64,000 bases of DNA, taken from NCBI GenBank assembly GCA_963708305.1, contig CAVPSH010000003.1, positions 561,812-625,811 of the forward strand, in the 5' to 3' direction. Source of the stretch: an uncultured bacterium (GTDB lineage Bacteria > Verrucomicrobiota > Verrucomicrobiia > Limisphaerales > UBA11358). Numbering within the stretch: position 1 is the first letter of the stretch; every line of letters begins with the position of its first letter. A model generated the notes under the pieces. It had not been told where the DNA came from. It searched no databases and worked only from the letters and a program-made list of their open reading frames with translations. The position numbers and the translations under genes were made by a program. Below are positions 45,680-56,616 of the stretch, piece after piece.

Positions 45680-46167
45680 AATCGCATCCCGACACGGCGG
45701 AACTCGAACGGCTGTTTCCTTACATCCGCGAATATCAGGCACTCGCCTCGAAGCATGGCATCGGCGACATTTTTCAAGACAACGGCGGCAAACTGTTGCA
45801 ACTTCTGCTGATTACGGGACTCAAAGGCGCGGGCAGCCGTGAAGGCAATGATGCCAGTGATGAAGCCGGTAACGAATACGAATTGAAGTCGGTCAACACG
45901 TTGCTGACACAGAGTTTTTCAACCCATCATCACATGAACCCAACCATCCTCGCCAAGTATCGGCAGGTGGATTGGATTTTTGCTATCTACAAAGGTATAG
46001 AACTACAGGCGATTTATCGAATGAAGCCAGCGGGCATTGAACCTTATTTCTCCAAGTGGGAAACGAAATGGCACGAGTCCGGCGGCAAGGACATCAACAA
46101 TCCAAAAATTCCCGTGAAGTTTGTCGTTGAGCACGGGGAGTTGATTTATCGAAAACCTGAGGCGTGA
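45676..46167 (+). CDS. Type II restriction endonuclease, PvuII family (predicted site CAGCTG)
   Basis: Segments [69 protein letters not shown] match R.PvuII as I recall it. Confidence 0.9.
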   Translation: MKSHPDTAELERLFPYIREYQALASKHGIGDIFQDNGGKLLQLLLITGLKGAGSREGNDASDEAGNEYELKSVNTLLTQSFSTHHHMNPTILAKYRQVDWIFAIYKGIELQAIYRMKPAGIEPYFSKWETKWHESGGKDINNPKIPVKFVVEHGELIYRKPEA

Positions 46168-46370
46168 CCATTTCGTTAATGCCAACGGAATGGTTAGTGA
46201 ATATCTGATTAATCGCTTATCAGTGTGAATCAGCGGTTGAAAATGCTTTGCGCCTTTGCGTCTCTGCGGTTCAGGATTTGGGACTCGTGGAACTCGCCCC
46301 TCCGGTTCTTTGGCGGATTTCGGCCCGGATGACGGCCAATTGCGCGCGCGGTTCGTCATTGGTTCGTGGT

Positions 46371-47885
46371 TTATTTGACGGGAATCAACATCTGGGTGAA
46401 TGAATGCGACGGGAAGTTGTATTTGATGTCGTGACCGCTGAATTGGATTTCCCGGGTGGCGATGGCGACAGCTTCGTTGGTCCGGGTATTCGTTGAAGTG
46501 ACTGACTCGGCGTTGATCTCCTTCACCGTGGCGCTTCCGGTATATTCTCCGCTCTGCAATACGAGGTCGGCGGTCATGGCGTTCGTTTCGCTGCGGTTGA
46601 CCACATTGACGACCAGATTTTTGGCGGAATCATTGAACACGGCGGTCACATCGAGATAGGGGATGTCCTTAAAAAATTTGTTGCTGTAATTTTGGCCGGC
46701 GACATTCACGTCCAGGGCGGTGCCGCGCGCGTTGTTGGAATACAGATAAAAGGCCTGATACAGCGCATTCTTGTAATCGCCATCGGGCGAAGTTCCCACG
46801 AGGCTGGAAAGCATGGTGATGTTCGCCATCTTGACGATGTCGGCGTGGCGGATAAAGGAGTTCAGGTGCTGGGCGACCATGAGCGAGCCGGTCAAGTTGG
46901 CGCCCCGGGGTCCAAAACCTGGGGACCATTCGTCAAAGGAGATATAAATCGGGCGTTTGGAGGTGGAATTCGCCATCGCCTTTTCGATCTCGGCCTTGAC
47001 CACGTCAATTTTTTGATCAATCTCCAACCCCATGGAAATCACGTCAGGGTATTGCGTGTCACCGTTCAGCGCGTTTTGGAAGTATCGGTGAACGGACAGG
47101 TAATCAATGCTGCCTGCCATGTGCTGCAAAACGTAATCGTTCCATTCCATCCACTTGTTGTCGGGCTGGTAATTGGACGCGCCGTCGGCGATGAATTTCA
47201 CGTTGGGGTCCACCAGGTGCATGGCTTTGGCGGCTTCCAGCGCAAACTTGCAGTAGTCCTTGGCGTTCTTTTGACCGAGTTGCCAGGGGCCGTCAATTTC
47301 GTTGCCGAGCGACCAGTATTTGACGTTGAAGGGTTGTTCATTGCCGTACTTTCGCCGGAGGTCGGAGTAATAGGTTCCCTTGGGATAATTGCAGTATTCG
47401 ATCCAATACCTCGCCTGGTCCAGCGTCCCCAGGCCGGCATTGATGCAGACGAAATTCTCCGCGCCGATGAGGCTGCAGAGTTTGGCGTATTCATCCGTGC
47501 CCATCTGATTGCGGTCAATTTGATTCCAGGCCAGGTCGAGCCGGACTGGACGCTGGTCCTTCGGGCCAATTCCATCCTCCCAATTGTAACCGGAGACATA
47601 ATTCCCGCCGGGCCACCGCACCACCGGGATGTGCAGTTCTTTGACCAGTTGAATAAAATCTGTCCTGAACCCGTTCGTGTCTGCCAGGGGAGATTTGGGG
47701 TCATAAATCGTGCCATAAACCACCGTGCGGATTGGCTCAAGAAAACCGCCGTAGATGTTGGGGTCCACTTCACTGATTTTTCGGTTCAGATCAACCTTGA
47801 TGACCGCCGTTTGGTCCGCCCGGAGATTCCCGGCGATGAGGCCGGAGAGAAAAATTCCAGTGAAAAGGAGATTTCGCGTGTTCAT
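46371..47885 (-). CDS. GH51 alpha-L-arabinofuranosidase, secreted
   Basis: Signal peptide; IYGGFLE, VRWPGGNYVS.Y.WEDGIGP, W.LGNE.DGPWQ.G, SFDEW, R.AD.VKMAN. Confidence 0.9.
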   Translation of the reverse strand: MNTRNLLFTGIFLSGLIAGNLRADQTAVIKVDLNRKISEVDPNIYGGFLEPIRTVVYGTIYDPKSPLADTNGFRTDFIQLVKELHIPVVRWPGGNYVSGYNWEDGIGPKDQRPVRLDLAWNQIDRNQMGTDEYAKLCSLIGAENFVCINAGLGTLDQARYWIEYCNYPKGTYYSDLRRKYGNEQPFNVKYWSLGNEIDGPWQLGQKNAKDYCKFALEAAKAMHLVDPNVKFIADGASNYQPDNKWMEWNDYVLQHMAGSIDYLSVHRYFQNALNGDTQYPDVISMGLEIDQKIDVVKAEIEKAMANSTSKRPIYISFDEWSPGFGPRGANLTGSLMVAQHLNSFIRHADIVKMANITMLSSLVGTSPDGDYKNALYQAFYLYSNNARGTALDVNVAGQNYSNKFFKDIPYLDVTAVFNDSAKNLVVNVVNRSETNAMTADLVLQSGEYTGSATVKEINAESVTSTNTRTNEAVAIATREIQFSGHDIKYNFPSHSFTQMLIPVK

Positions 47886-47936
47886 AAAACGATGGTGTTG
47901 ATTTGAGTTCGACACTAGCGAGGCGCAAATAAGGAG

Positions 47937-48191
47937 TCAATCCGTGGTTAATGCAGACCGAATGGCGGCCAGTTCGGCGCGCGGTTCATCTTCGACATGT
48001 TCCAGCCGGCCGGCGCGTTGATACCAGTAACGGGCGTTGCCCAAATCGCCCTCGATTTTATGTAGCACCGCGTGAATCCAGGCAGCTGTGGTGTCGTCTT
48101 CGTATTGCTGGACCAGTTGATGGGCGGCGTCCCAGTTGCCGGCCAGGGCCAACTCCACCGCTTTGAGCAGATGGTCGTTTAGCGCGCTCAT
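47937..48191 (-). CDS. Conserved small helical hypothetical protein
   Basis: WDAAHQLVQ...AAWIHAVLHKIEGDLGNARYWYQRAG pattern, typical of a widespread uncharacterised family. Confidence 0.78.
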   Translation of the reverse strand: MSALNDHLLKAVELALAGNWDAAHQLVQQYEDDTTAAWIHAVLHKIEGDLGNARYWYQRAGRLEHVEDEPRAELAAIRSALTTD

Positions 48192-48271
48192 GGTGGGTGT
48201 TTTACTGCCAAACCGGCACAGCGGCAAGCGTGGCGGGTGGATTTGGTGGTAGGGTCGACATGGTTTTGAAA

Positions 48272-48406
48272 GGTAGGGTTGGCGCGCTGCGCCGACCGGC
48301 GCCGCGTCCAGCGGCGCAATGGGATGGCGCGGGAGGTTATGGGCCGTGGAGCGTCAGGTTCCGGCCCTGAACGGGCTGGAGGTCATCGCAGCGCGATGAC
48401 CCTACC
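48272..48406. repeat. REPIN-like element, family D, left of the RAYT gene
   Basis: ggtagggttggcgcgctgcgccgacc...ggtcatcgcagcgcgatgaccctacc, with internal hairpins gcgccgcgtccagcggcgc and ggccctgaacgggct. Confidence 0.92.
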
Positions 48407-48431
48407 TCAAGATGGGCGCTATGGATCAACT

Positions 48432-48905
48432 CTAATCCGGAAATCCGTGTCTTTCGCCGTCTCCGAAATAGATATGGGGCCAACCCTTGGCTTGTGACAC
48501 GAGCTGCTTGCGAACCGGATTTTCCAGAATGTAATCCGCCTTCTGCCGCCGGCTTTCGTCGTGTCGCAATCTGTGCTCAAAGAAACTGCGTTGCCATTGA
48601 ATACCAATTGTTTTGGCCGTCCACTCTTTCCATTTGCGAATGACCATCTGGATTTGTTCGTCGGAAGGTGGAAACGACAGCAACGCGTGTAGATGATCCG
48701 GCATCAGCAAGAATACGTACGGCCACCATAGGAAGTTAGCCTGGCGATATCGAACGGTTTCAAAAAGTCGCTCAGCGACGTCGGGCAGCGCAAGTTGATT
48801 TAAGCCGCGCGGCTGGCAGTTGATGGTGATGAAATAAACCTCTTTTGAAGGATCCACCCACAGCGGAATTTCATGTGGAAGATATTTGCGGTGGGGAAGA
48901 TTCAT
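48432..48905 (-). mobile_element. REP-associated tyrosine transposase (RAYT/TnpA-REP, HUH Y1 family)
   Basis: YFITI, LMPDHLH (HUH), WQRSFFEHRLR, YILENPVR (catalytic Tyr); no tnpB; flanked by GTAG-capped palindromes. Confidence 0.9.
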
Positions 48906-48955
48906 TTGCGGAACCATAGAACATGAAATGTCATTCGGACAAGCGCACTTTGAAA

Positions 48956-49093
48956 GGTAGGGTCGGCGCGCTGCGCCGACCGGCGCCGCGTCCAGCGGCG
49001 CAACGGGGTTGATTCGAAAGGGTGTGGTATGGCCGAAGCCTTTCGTTCCGGCCCTGAACGGGCCGGAGGTCATCGCAGCGCGATGACCCTACC
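48956..49093. repeat. REPIN-like element, family D, right of the RAYT gene
   Basis: Same orientation as 48272-48406 with near-identical arms and a different central spacer; both are preceded by TTTGAAA. Confidence 0.92.
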
Positions 49094-49110
49094 GAATTAC
49101 ACCTCAGCGG

Positions 49111-50379
49111 CTAAACCCGGTCCAGCGCCTGTTTTAGGTCGGCGATCAGGTCGCGCGTGTCTTCGAGACCGAGGGCGAGGCGCACGAGGTTGTCCACAAT
49201 GCCGATGCTTTCGCGGTATTCGACCGGGTAATCGTAAAACGACATCGTGGACATCTGGGTAACGAGGCTTTCGGAGCCGCCGAGGCTCGGCGTGATGAGG
49301 AACAGTTCCAGGCGGTCAATGAATCGGCGCGTTGCCTTGCCGTCGCCTTTCAGGAGAAAGGTGATGACACTGCCGGCGCCGCGCATCTGGCGCTTGGCGA
49401 TGCGATAATCCGGATGTGATTTCAATCCCGGATACCAGACCCGCTCGATTTTGGGATGCGATTCCAGAAAGCGGGCCACTTCCAGGCCGGCAGCATTGTG
49501 GTGGTCCATGCGCAGGCCGAAGGTCTTGAGTCCGCGCTCGAGCAGGAAACAACTGAACGGGCCGGCCATGGAGCCAATCATGCGCTGCAATTTGTTGAGT
49601 TCCTCCAACTGCTTGTGGCCGCCGAGCGTGACGCCCGCCAGCAGGTCGTTGTGTCCGGCAAGATATTTCGTTGCGGAATGGATGACGAGGTCCACGCCCA
49701 TTGCCAGCGGCCGGATGTTGTACGGCGTCGCCAGCGTGGCATCAATCATCGTCAGAATTTTGTGGCGGCGGGCGACTTGGACGACCGCCGGGATGTCCAG
49801 CACGCGCAGGTAAGGGTTGGTGGGTGATTCGGTGAAAATGATGTTCGTGTTGGGCCGGATGGCTTCTTCAATGGCCGCGGCGGTCGGCGCGACAAGACTG
49901 GTCTGGATACCGAACTTCGTGAGCAGGTTGGTGGCAAAATCGCGCGTCTGCCGGTAGCAATCGCTGGTGAAAATAATGTGGCCGTCGGGCTTCATGTAGG
50001 CCATCAGGGTCATGATCACCGCGCTCATGCCGGTGGAGAAAATGATGGCCCGCTCGGCGCCTTCGATGGCGGCCAGCTTCCGCTCGGCTTCCTGCTGGGT
50101 CGGATTGCCGTATCGGCCGTATTCCTGTTCGCGAATGATGCGGCCTTCGCCTTTGGCTTTCATGAACTCGACCACCTCGGTCATGTTGTCAAAACTGTAA
50201 TTCGAGGTCTGGACGATGGGTGTGGAAACGGCGTGGTGGGCCTTGCGCAGGCGCGCCCGGCCATGGATTGCAAGTGTCGAAGTTCCCCAGGAATGAGGCT
50301 TGGAGAGGTAGGGTTGGCGCGCTGCGCCGACCGGACGCCGCAGCGCGGCGTCCCTACCTTTTTTGACTGATTTACGCAT
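49111..50379 (-). CDS. metB: Cystathionine gamma-synthase / Cys-Met metabolism PLP enzyme
   Basis: [48 protein letters not shown]; start overlaps the thrC stop. Confidence 0.82.
   Translation of the reverse strand: MRKSVKKGRDAALRRPVGAARQPYLSKPHSWGTSTLAIHGRARLRKAHHAVSTPIVQTSNYSFDNMTEVVEFMKAKGEGRIIREQEYGRYGNPTQQEAERKLAAIEGAERAIIFSTGMSAVIMTLMAYMKPDGHIIFTSDCYRQTRDFATNLLTKFGIQTSLVAPTAAAIEEAIRPNTNIIFTESPTNPYLRVLDIPAVVQVARRHKILTMIDATLATPYNIRPLAMGVDLVIHSATKYLAGHNDLLAGVTLGGHKQLEELNKLQRMIGSMAGPFSCFLLERGLKTFGLRMDHHNAAGLEVARFLESHPKIERVWYPGLKSHPDYRIAKRQMRGAGSVITFLLKGDGKATRRFIDRLELFLITPSLGGSESLVTQMSTMSFYDYPVEYRESIGIVDNLVRLALGLEDTRDLIADLKQALDRV
50307..50358. repeat. Compact family D doublet inside the 5' coding end of metB
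   Basis: ggtagggttggcgcgctgcgccgaccggacgccgcagcgcggcgtccctacc. Confidence 0.88.
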
Positions 50380-51718
50380 GGTTTTCAATTTTCCTGGCAA
50401 GTGCCTGGTTCAGCGCCTCTTTTACCGCGTCCAAACGTGCCGGCAACTCAATCGGCTGGTTCGCATAGCGGGAAGGAAAGTCCAGTTCGCGCTGGTGATA
50501 CTTCACCTTCATCTCGACGAACTTCAATCCGTGCGCGGTCGAAATCACGACGACGCGCTGAGATTTGTCAATCTTGCCCGCCTTGAGCAGTTTGATGAGC
50601 ACGGCCAGCGCAACCCCGGTATGCGGGCAGTTGAACATGCCGGTGCGATCGCCCAATGCCGCGGCGTCGGCCAGTTCCTCCTCGGTGGCCTGTTCGACGA
50701 TGCCGTCAAATTGTTTGAGGGTGCGGACGGCCTTCTGGTAGCTGACGGGGTTGCCGATTTGGATGGCGCTGGCGAGGGTCTTCTGCGCCTGGATGGGCTC
50801 GAAATCTTCGAAGTTGCGCTGGTAAGCGCGGTAAAGCGGATTGGCGCGCTCGGCCTGGGCCACGACGATGCGCGGCAGTTTCGCGATCAGACCGAGGTCC
50901 TTCATCATCATCAATCCCTTGCCGAGGGCGGAGACGTTGCCCAGGTTGCCGCCGGGGATGATGATGACGTCCGGCGATTCCCAGTCGAATTGCTGGAGGA
51001 TTTCGATGCCCACGGTTTTCTGGCCTTCCACCCGCAACGAATTCATCGAGTTGGCCAGATAGAGAGTTTCGTCCTTGGTCATTTCCTGAACCAGCCTCAT
51101 GCAGCCGTCGAAATCGGTGTCGAGGTAAAGGACCAGCGCGCCGTTGGCGATGGGTTGCACGAGCTGGGCGATGGAAATCTTACCGCGCGGCAGCAGCACG
51201 ATGGATTGAATGCCGGCGGCGGCGCAATAAGTCGCCAGCGCCGCCGAGGTATCGCCCGTGGACGCGCACACGACGGCCTTGATGGGCGCGCCTTCGGAAA
51301 TCATCTGTTTGACCTGGGAGACCAGCACGGTCATGCCGAGGTCTTTGAACGAACCGCTGTGGGTGTTGCCGCAAAGTTTGATCCAGAGATCGTCCACGCC
51401 GACGAGTTTGCCGAAACGCTCGGCCCAGAACAGGTTGGTGCCGCCTTCGTAAAGCGAAACGACGTTGTTGTCGTTGATCTCCGGCAAAATCCATTCCTTT
51501 TTGCCCCAGACACCGGAGCCGTACGGCCACAGGTTGCTCTTGTAGCGGTCCTCGAAGAGTTTCATCCACCCCTGGGCGTCGCGGCGGGCGAGCGCCTTGA
51601 GGTCATGCTGCACCTCCAGCAGCGAACCGCACTTGGTGCAGTGATAGACGATGGAGTTCAGCGGATAGGTCGCTCCGCATTGCGGGTTGATGCATTGAAA
51701 CCAGGCTCGGTATGACAT
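50372..51718 (-). CDS. thrC: Threonine synthase (plant-like type with N-terminal Cys motifs)
   Basis: [63 protein letters not shown]. Confidence 0.92.
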   Translation of the reverse strand: MSYRAWFQCINPQCGATYPLNSIVYHCTKCGSLLEVQHDLKALARRDAQGWMKLFEDRYKSNLWPYGSGVWGKKEWILPEINDNNVVSLYEGGTNLFWAERFGKLVGVDDLWIKLCGNTHSGSFKDLGMTVLVSQVKQMISEGAPIKAVVCASTGDTSAALATYCAAAGIQSIVLLPRGKISIAQLVQPIANGALVLYLDTDFDGCMRLVQEMTKDETLYLANSMNSLRVEGQKTVGIEILQQFDWESPDVIIIPGGNLGNVSALGKGLMMMKDLGLIAKLPRIVVAQAERANPLYRAYQRNFEDFEPIQAQKTLASAIQIGNPVSYQKAVRTLKQFDGIVEQATEEELADAAALGDRTGMFNCPHTGVALAVLIKLLKAGKIDKSQRVVVISTAHGLKFVEMKVKYHQRELDFPSRYANQPIELPARLDAVKEALNQALARKIENHA

Positions 51719-51837
51719 CGTTCAGTTCTCCATGCTGCAGTTTTATTCAGGAACAAAGGCCGCCAGCATGATTAAAAATGTTCTCCGTCGTGGCAATATA
51801 ATTTAACTTATTCTTAACCATGGATAAACATGGATTC

Positions 51838-51948
51838 GGAGGGACGAGTTATACGAGTCCCAAATCAAACCACACAGATGCAAAGACACCGAGGAATCTC
51901 TTGTGAATCGATAGATGAAAGTTTGGGACTCGTGTAACTCGTCCCTCC
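51838..51948. repeat. GGAG-capped doublet, family F
   Basis: ggagggacgagttatacgagtccc...gggactcgtgtaactcgtccctcc. Confidence 0.85.
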
Positions 51949-52013
51949 GAACCAGCTCGCGAGGACGCTCGCCCCACCGCATCTGCGCCAATCTGTGGTT
52001 AAACCCGATGCGA

Positions 52014-55000
52014 CTATTTCCACGCACACAGGCTCTCGACGTGGGCCGCCGAGCCGTCGCGCAGCCAGCCGTCCAGATGCGCTTGATCCTTGAGTTGCTG
52101 GCCGCGCAGGCGCGGCACGGCGATGTACTGGCAGTTGATTTCCGGCAGCGCGGTCATGTCGGTCCACAACTTTTCGAATTGCGCCACGGGAAAAATATCC
52201 TCCTGCCCGTGGCCCCAGCGTTTTTTCACGTCTTTGAGCGTGACGTAAGTCGGCAGTTTTAACGCCAGCGCGCGCACGGCAGCGGTCACCTTGTTCGCGT
52301 CGGCCAGGTCAGCGCGGCTGAGTTGAAATGCCGCGAGCAGTTTCCCCACGTCAATCCAGCACGTGTTGGAATTGTAATAGGACAGCACAAATTCTTCCTC
52401 CTCGCGCGGCATGGCCAGGCCTTCGACGATGCGCGTTTTGCCGTTCACGCGGGCGAGGCCGCCGCCACGGTCTTCGATCCGCCGCGTAATGACTTCAAAT
52501 GAAAGGCAGCCGCCCAGTTTCAGGTGCAGACCGAGCATGGCCGGATCAACATCCGCACCCACGGTGTCAATGTTGTGCAGCAGGAGTTGCTTCAACTGCG
52601 GGCGTTCTTTCAGCAACCGCGCCAGCGTGCCGTTGCGGAGCAGGTTCGGAATCTCAAACCAGTGGCCGACCGGATGCAGGCATTGCAGCGGCACATTGTC
52701 GGTGTAATCGCTGCCTTCACCGGCTTGTTTGGCCCATGCGATGAGCGCGTGCCGCAGGCTGTCGCGGACTTTTTGCGCCTGTTCATCGAGGATTTGTTGC
52801 GGCATTTCCTCCCACATGAACCGCAGGTCGCGTTCCATCGGGACCAGCCGCAGGCCGACCGAGCGGCCTTCGGACAGAAACAGCGGGCCGTCGTAGCCGT
52901 AAAATTCTTCGTGCGCGAGAAATTTCTCAGTCGGCTGGTGCGAAACGTAGCTGGTGGTGATGATATGCGGCAACGGCTGGCCGGCCAGTTTTCCGATGCG
53001 TCGGCTTTTGGCCAGGTGGACTTCCAGGAACGTGCGATGCCGGCCGCCGAGTTTGCAGAACGGATGCAGCGCCTTGACCGTGCCCGCGCCCTGCGTCCAG
53101 CGGCTGCCCGCGCCCGCGGCGAGCGTGACGACTGCGACTTCGCCCGCCTGCAACGCGGCCAGCCCGGCCTCGCGATATTCCTTGGACAAACCGCGCGTGG
53201 CATCGAACACATCGCCGTCGGTCACGTCTTGAATTTGCGTGCTGACGGGCAGACGATTTTGCGCCAGGCCGATGCGGCCGCCTTTGAGGTCGGCGCGGAT
53301 TTGTTCGTGTTGTGTGCGATCGAAGCCGTAACGTTCCAGCAACGCGGGCAGCGAGGTTTCGCCGGCATCGTCGGTTTTCAAGCGCGGCAACAACCGGTCG
53401 AACAGCGTTTGCACCATGCCGCGCAGTTCGGGTTTGGCACGGCAGGCCGCGCCGAATTTGTCCAGCTCGGCGCGCCGCAACGGCGGCAATTGTAGGCCTC
53501 CTGCCGGAGCAATTGCGGCATGATGAGCGCGTAGTAACCTTGCGGCAACAACGCCGACGCACCCGGCAAGCAAATCCGCCCAGGTGCCTTTTTCGTTGAT
53601 GGCGAAATCGTACACGACCGGTTCCATGGCAAAGGGCAGGGCGTGTTCGAGTTCGCGCTTGGTCTGGGACATGAATTCCTGCAGGCGCTTCTGGCCGGCC
53701 GCTTTGTGCGCGGCGTCGAAGATGAAACCCATGCCGCCGCCGGACATGCCGCCGAGCATCCAGAAGCCCCAGAAAATGTTTGCCGAACTCGCCCTCCATG
53801 CATTGGATCAGGGTTTCGGTGAAAAGATTGCTGGCCCAGGGAATGATGGTCTGAATCGGGCCGGAAAAATTCCGGGTGGTGGCGCCGCCCAATGCCGCCA
53901 CGTCTTCGCGGCGCAAGGCGGAAAGGATTTCATCGAGGATGGCCAGCATGCTCAGGCGCGCCTGCCATTCGGCGTCGGAGCGCAGCAGATATTTTTCCGT
54001 CACCATTTCGAGGATGGGCCCGACGTTCTGGGCCATGCCGCCGTGGACGAGCACGAGGCTGTCCTGCAATTTCCGGCGCGCGGCAGGCGATACTTCGTTG
54101 GAATCCAAAATGCGATGCTGTGGCATCAGCCGCCCGCGGCTGATGCCGAATTCCGGATCGCCTTCGGCAGCGAGCACGCCTTCGATCAGTTTCATGCCGG
54201 GCCAGACGCCGCCGGAATCCTGCCAGCCGCCGCCGGAACCGCCCAGCCATTCGCCGAGGATCGCGCGCGCCAGCACCAGCCGGCGTTCCTCTTCCTGCAA
54301 GGCGCCCTGCAACGAGGCCGCCTGTCCGGTGGCCCGCATGCAGACGTGAAATCAGCGAGGCGAGCAGATTGGTGGAGACCGCGAGGCGCGAGCCTTTCGG
54401 AATGTCGTTGACGCTGCTGACGAGTTCCAGGCCGCGCCCGGCGCCGACCACGTGGGCGAGCAAATCCGCCAGACTTTGGCCCGAACCTTCGATGCCCGGC
54501 GGCACGATGCCGCTGGCAATGACCGCCGCTTTGAGCAGGCCGAGATAATCCTTCGCAAAATCAAAAACGTCGGCGAGGCTGGTGATGTCCGCGGTGGCGC
54601 CGAGGTCAACGCTGGTCAACCGCAGCACCGGCTCGTCAATCACCCGCAGATAAGCTTCCACCGGCGGTCGCGCGCCGGCATCGCGTCCATGCACGCCGAG
54701 GTCAATGGAGACATTCAGAACCTTCGCGCCTTCGGGATAATCCATGCCGAGGAAGAAAATGTCGCTCCAGCCGCAATGCGTCAGGTCCATGCGCACCGGC
54801 GTGCGTTCGCGGAGAATGGGATAGGTGCCGTCTTCGCCCGGACGCAGCAGTTCCCGGCGGAGGCGCAGGGGATGGTCGGCGGGATGGCCCATGCGGAACA
54901 TCCATTGGTTGCCGCGCACCGAGCGCACGCTGCGGCGCACCTGGTCGGCGAGCGTTTGAATCGCCAGCCGGTAATACGTGATCGCCAGGGCGCTGGAAAT

Positions 55001-55336
55001 GGGGTCAGACGGCCCGTCGTGGTTTTGCACTTTCAGAAACGCCGAGATGGCTTCTTCAAACCGGCGCTCCAGCAGGTGCGTGTAACCGTTGAACGGAATC
55101 AAAGTCCGCGTGCCGATGCCGGGCTTGAGCGGCAGATGAAACCGGTGAATGGCGTAGAGAAACAACAACGCCCGGACCCGCTCATAAAGATTTTCACTGC
55201 GGTGGCGGAAGGCTTCGAGTTCGGCGCATTCGGCGAGCAGGTCCGGCAACGCTGCGGTGCGGCAAAACGCATCCAGTGATTGATTGCGCACCGCCGGGTC
55301 GGGCGAGGTGATGATTTGAACGAGTTTGCCGGGCAT
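52014..55336 (-). CDS. ~1100-aa fusion: GHMP sugar kinase (N-terminal) plus UDPGP-family nucleotidyltransferase (C-terminal); several apparent indels
   Basis: PVRMDL...[30 protein letters not shown], then [31 protein letters not shown]. Frame switches near 54345, 53775 and ~53560-53495. Confidence 0.82.
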
Positions 55337-55397
55337 GGCCTAAATGAAGTGTGACAGGAAACAACCAACAGCGAACAGCCAACAGCCAATTTCCAAT

Positions 55398-55472
55398 GGT
55401 AGGGCGGGTCGCTCCGCGCGCGCCGGTTCGGATTGTTCCCATAGCGGCGCGCACGGAGTGACGCGCCCTACC
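55398..55472. repeat. REP-like doublet, family A, between heptamer tracts
   Basis: ggtagggcgggtcgctccgcgcgcgccg...cggcgcgcacggagtgacgcgccctacc, with (CAACAGC)n to the left and (GATGTTY)n to the right. Confidence 0.88.
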
Positions 55473-55540
55473 CAAACCATTGGAGGTTCAGTGTTCGATG
55501 TTTGATGTTGGATGTTCACCAGGCCGTTTGAAGTTGTTCC

Positions 55541-56380
55541 TCATGTTTGCGCCAACAATTCGACGAGCAAAGTGAGAACCTCGTCCCGGTCTTTGCCGTG
55601 CAGGGCCAATGCCAATTGGGCCGTGAGCAAACCGTATTGAACCCCGATGTCGAAACGGCGGCCCTGCAATTCACAGGCAAGGTAGCGTTCGCTTTCCGCG
55701 ACCCGGGCCAGGGCATCGGCGAGATGAACGCTGCCGGTGTTTCCCGCCGCCGTTACCAGATGTTGCAAAAGGTCCATGACGCCGGGCGTCAGCACGTGCA
55801 TGCCGAAAAAACAAAGGTAATGGCCGGCACGCAGGCCGGGCACGATGAGTTTTTGCTCGGCGACCGTGGGCGTGGGTTTTTCCAGGACGCGATCCACCTG
55901 ATACAGGCCGGCGCGGCCCGACAGCCGCCGCGCGCCCACGGTGCCGTAGTAAGGCAGCTTGCTTTCGTGCGTGGCCTGCACCGCCGAGACCGCGCAGGAT
56001 TCGGCGGACGCAATCTCCAGCAATTGCCGGGCGCAGGAATTTTTATTTCGGCTGACGTAAAGATGGTCGCCGACCAGGAGCAGGAAAGACTCGTTGCCGG
56101 TAAATTGACGCGCACAGGCCACGGCGTGGCCGTAACCCAGCGGCGCGGGTTGTTCGATGAAATGGACGCGATTGGCGTGCGGGCCGACGGCGGCGGCGAA
56201 AGCGCCCTGATCGCCGGGGCAGATCACCAGGCCAATTTCCTCGATACCGGCCTGTAATACTTCTTCCAGCAGGACGGTGAGGGCGGCTTTGGATTGGCCG
56301 TCGCGGTCCACCAACGTTTGCAACGGCAGATTCCGCTGATCGCGGCCCGCGGCGGTAATGACAGCTTTGCGAATTTTCAC
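55541..56380 (-). CDS. Sugar-phosphate nucleotidyltransferase, GalU-like
   Basis: [37 protein letters not shown]. Confidence 0.82.
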   Translation of the reverse strand: MKIRKAVITAAGRDQRNLPLQTLVDRDGQSKAALTVLLEEVLQAGIEEIGLVICPGDQGAFAAAVGPHANRVHFIEQPAPLGYGHAVACARQFTGNESFLLLVGDHLYVSRNKNSCARQLLEIASAESCAVSAVQATHESKLPYYGTVGARRLSGRAGLYQVDRVLEKPTPTVAEQKLIVPGLRAGHYLCFFGMHVLTPGVMDLLQHLVTAAGNTGSVHLADALARVAESERYLACELQGRRFDIGVQYGLLTAQLALALHGKDRDEVLTLLVELLAQT

Positions 56381-56616
56381 GGCTGGACGCCCGAGTGGGC
56401 AGGTGACATTTTCTTCATGATTGGCAGAAGGCGAGCATAGCGGTGGCGCGGTCATATTTCAAGCGTTGACGGTTTACGGATATTGAGATGTTCTTGAGCT
56501 TGGGCTTCCACCGGCGGTTCGGTTGTTCCGGTTGAAAAAAAGCCAAGAAAGGGTTGGAACGATGGCGGTGGCGGGGTGAGTTTAGGATGCGGACGAAAAA
56601 TGAGCCGATTACAGTC

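Noticed and set aside
48432-49073. IS200/IS605 element with TnpB or omega RNA, or a 213-aa transposase
   Set aside because: There is no tnpB. The extra N-terminal 56 aa of the ORF come largely from the flanking REPIN, and the protein motifs fit RAYT.
51718-52014. SAM or T-box leader upstream of thrC-metB
   Set aside because: The hairpins are explained by a family F doublet and decamer relics; no riboswitch consensus was recognised.
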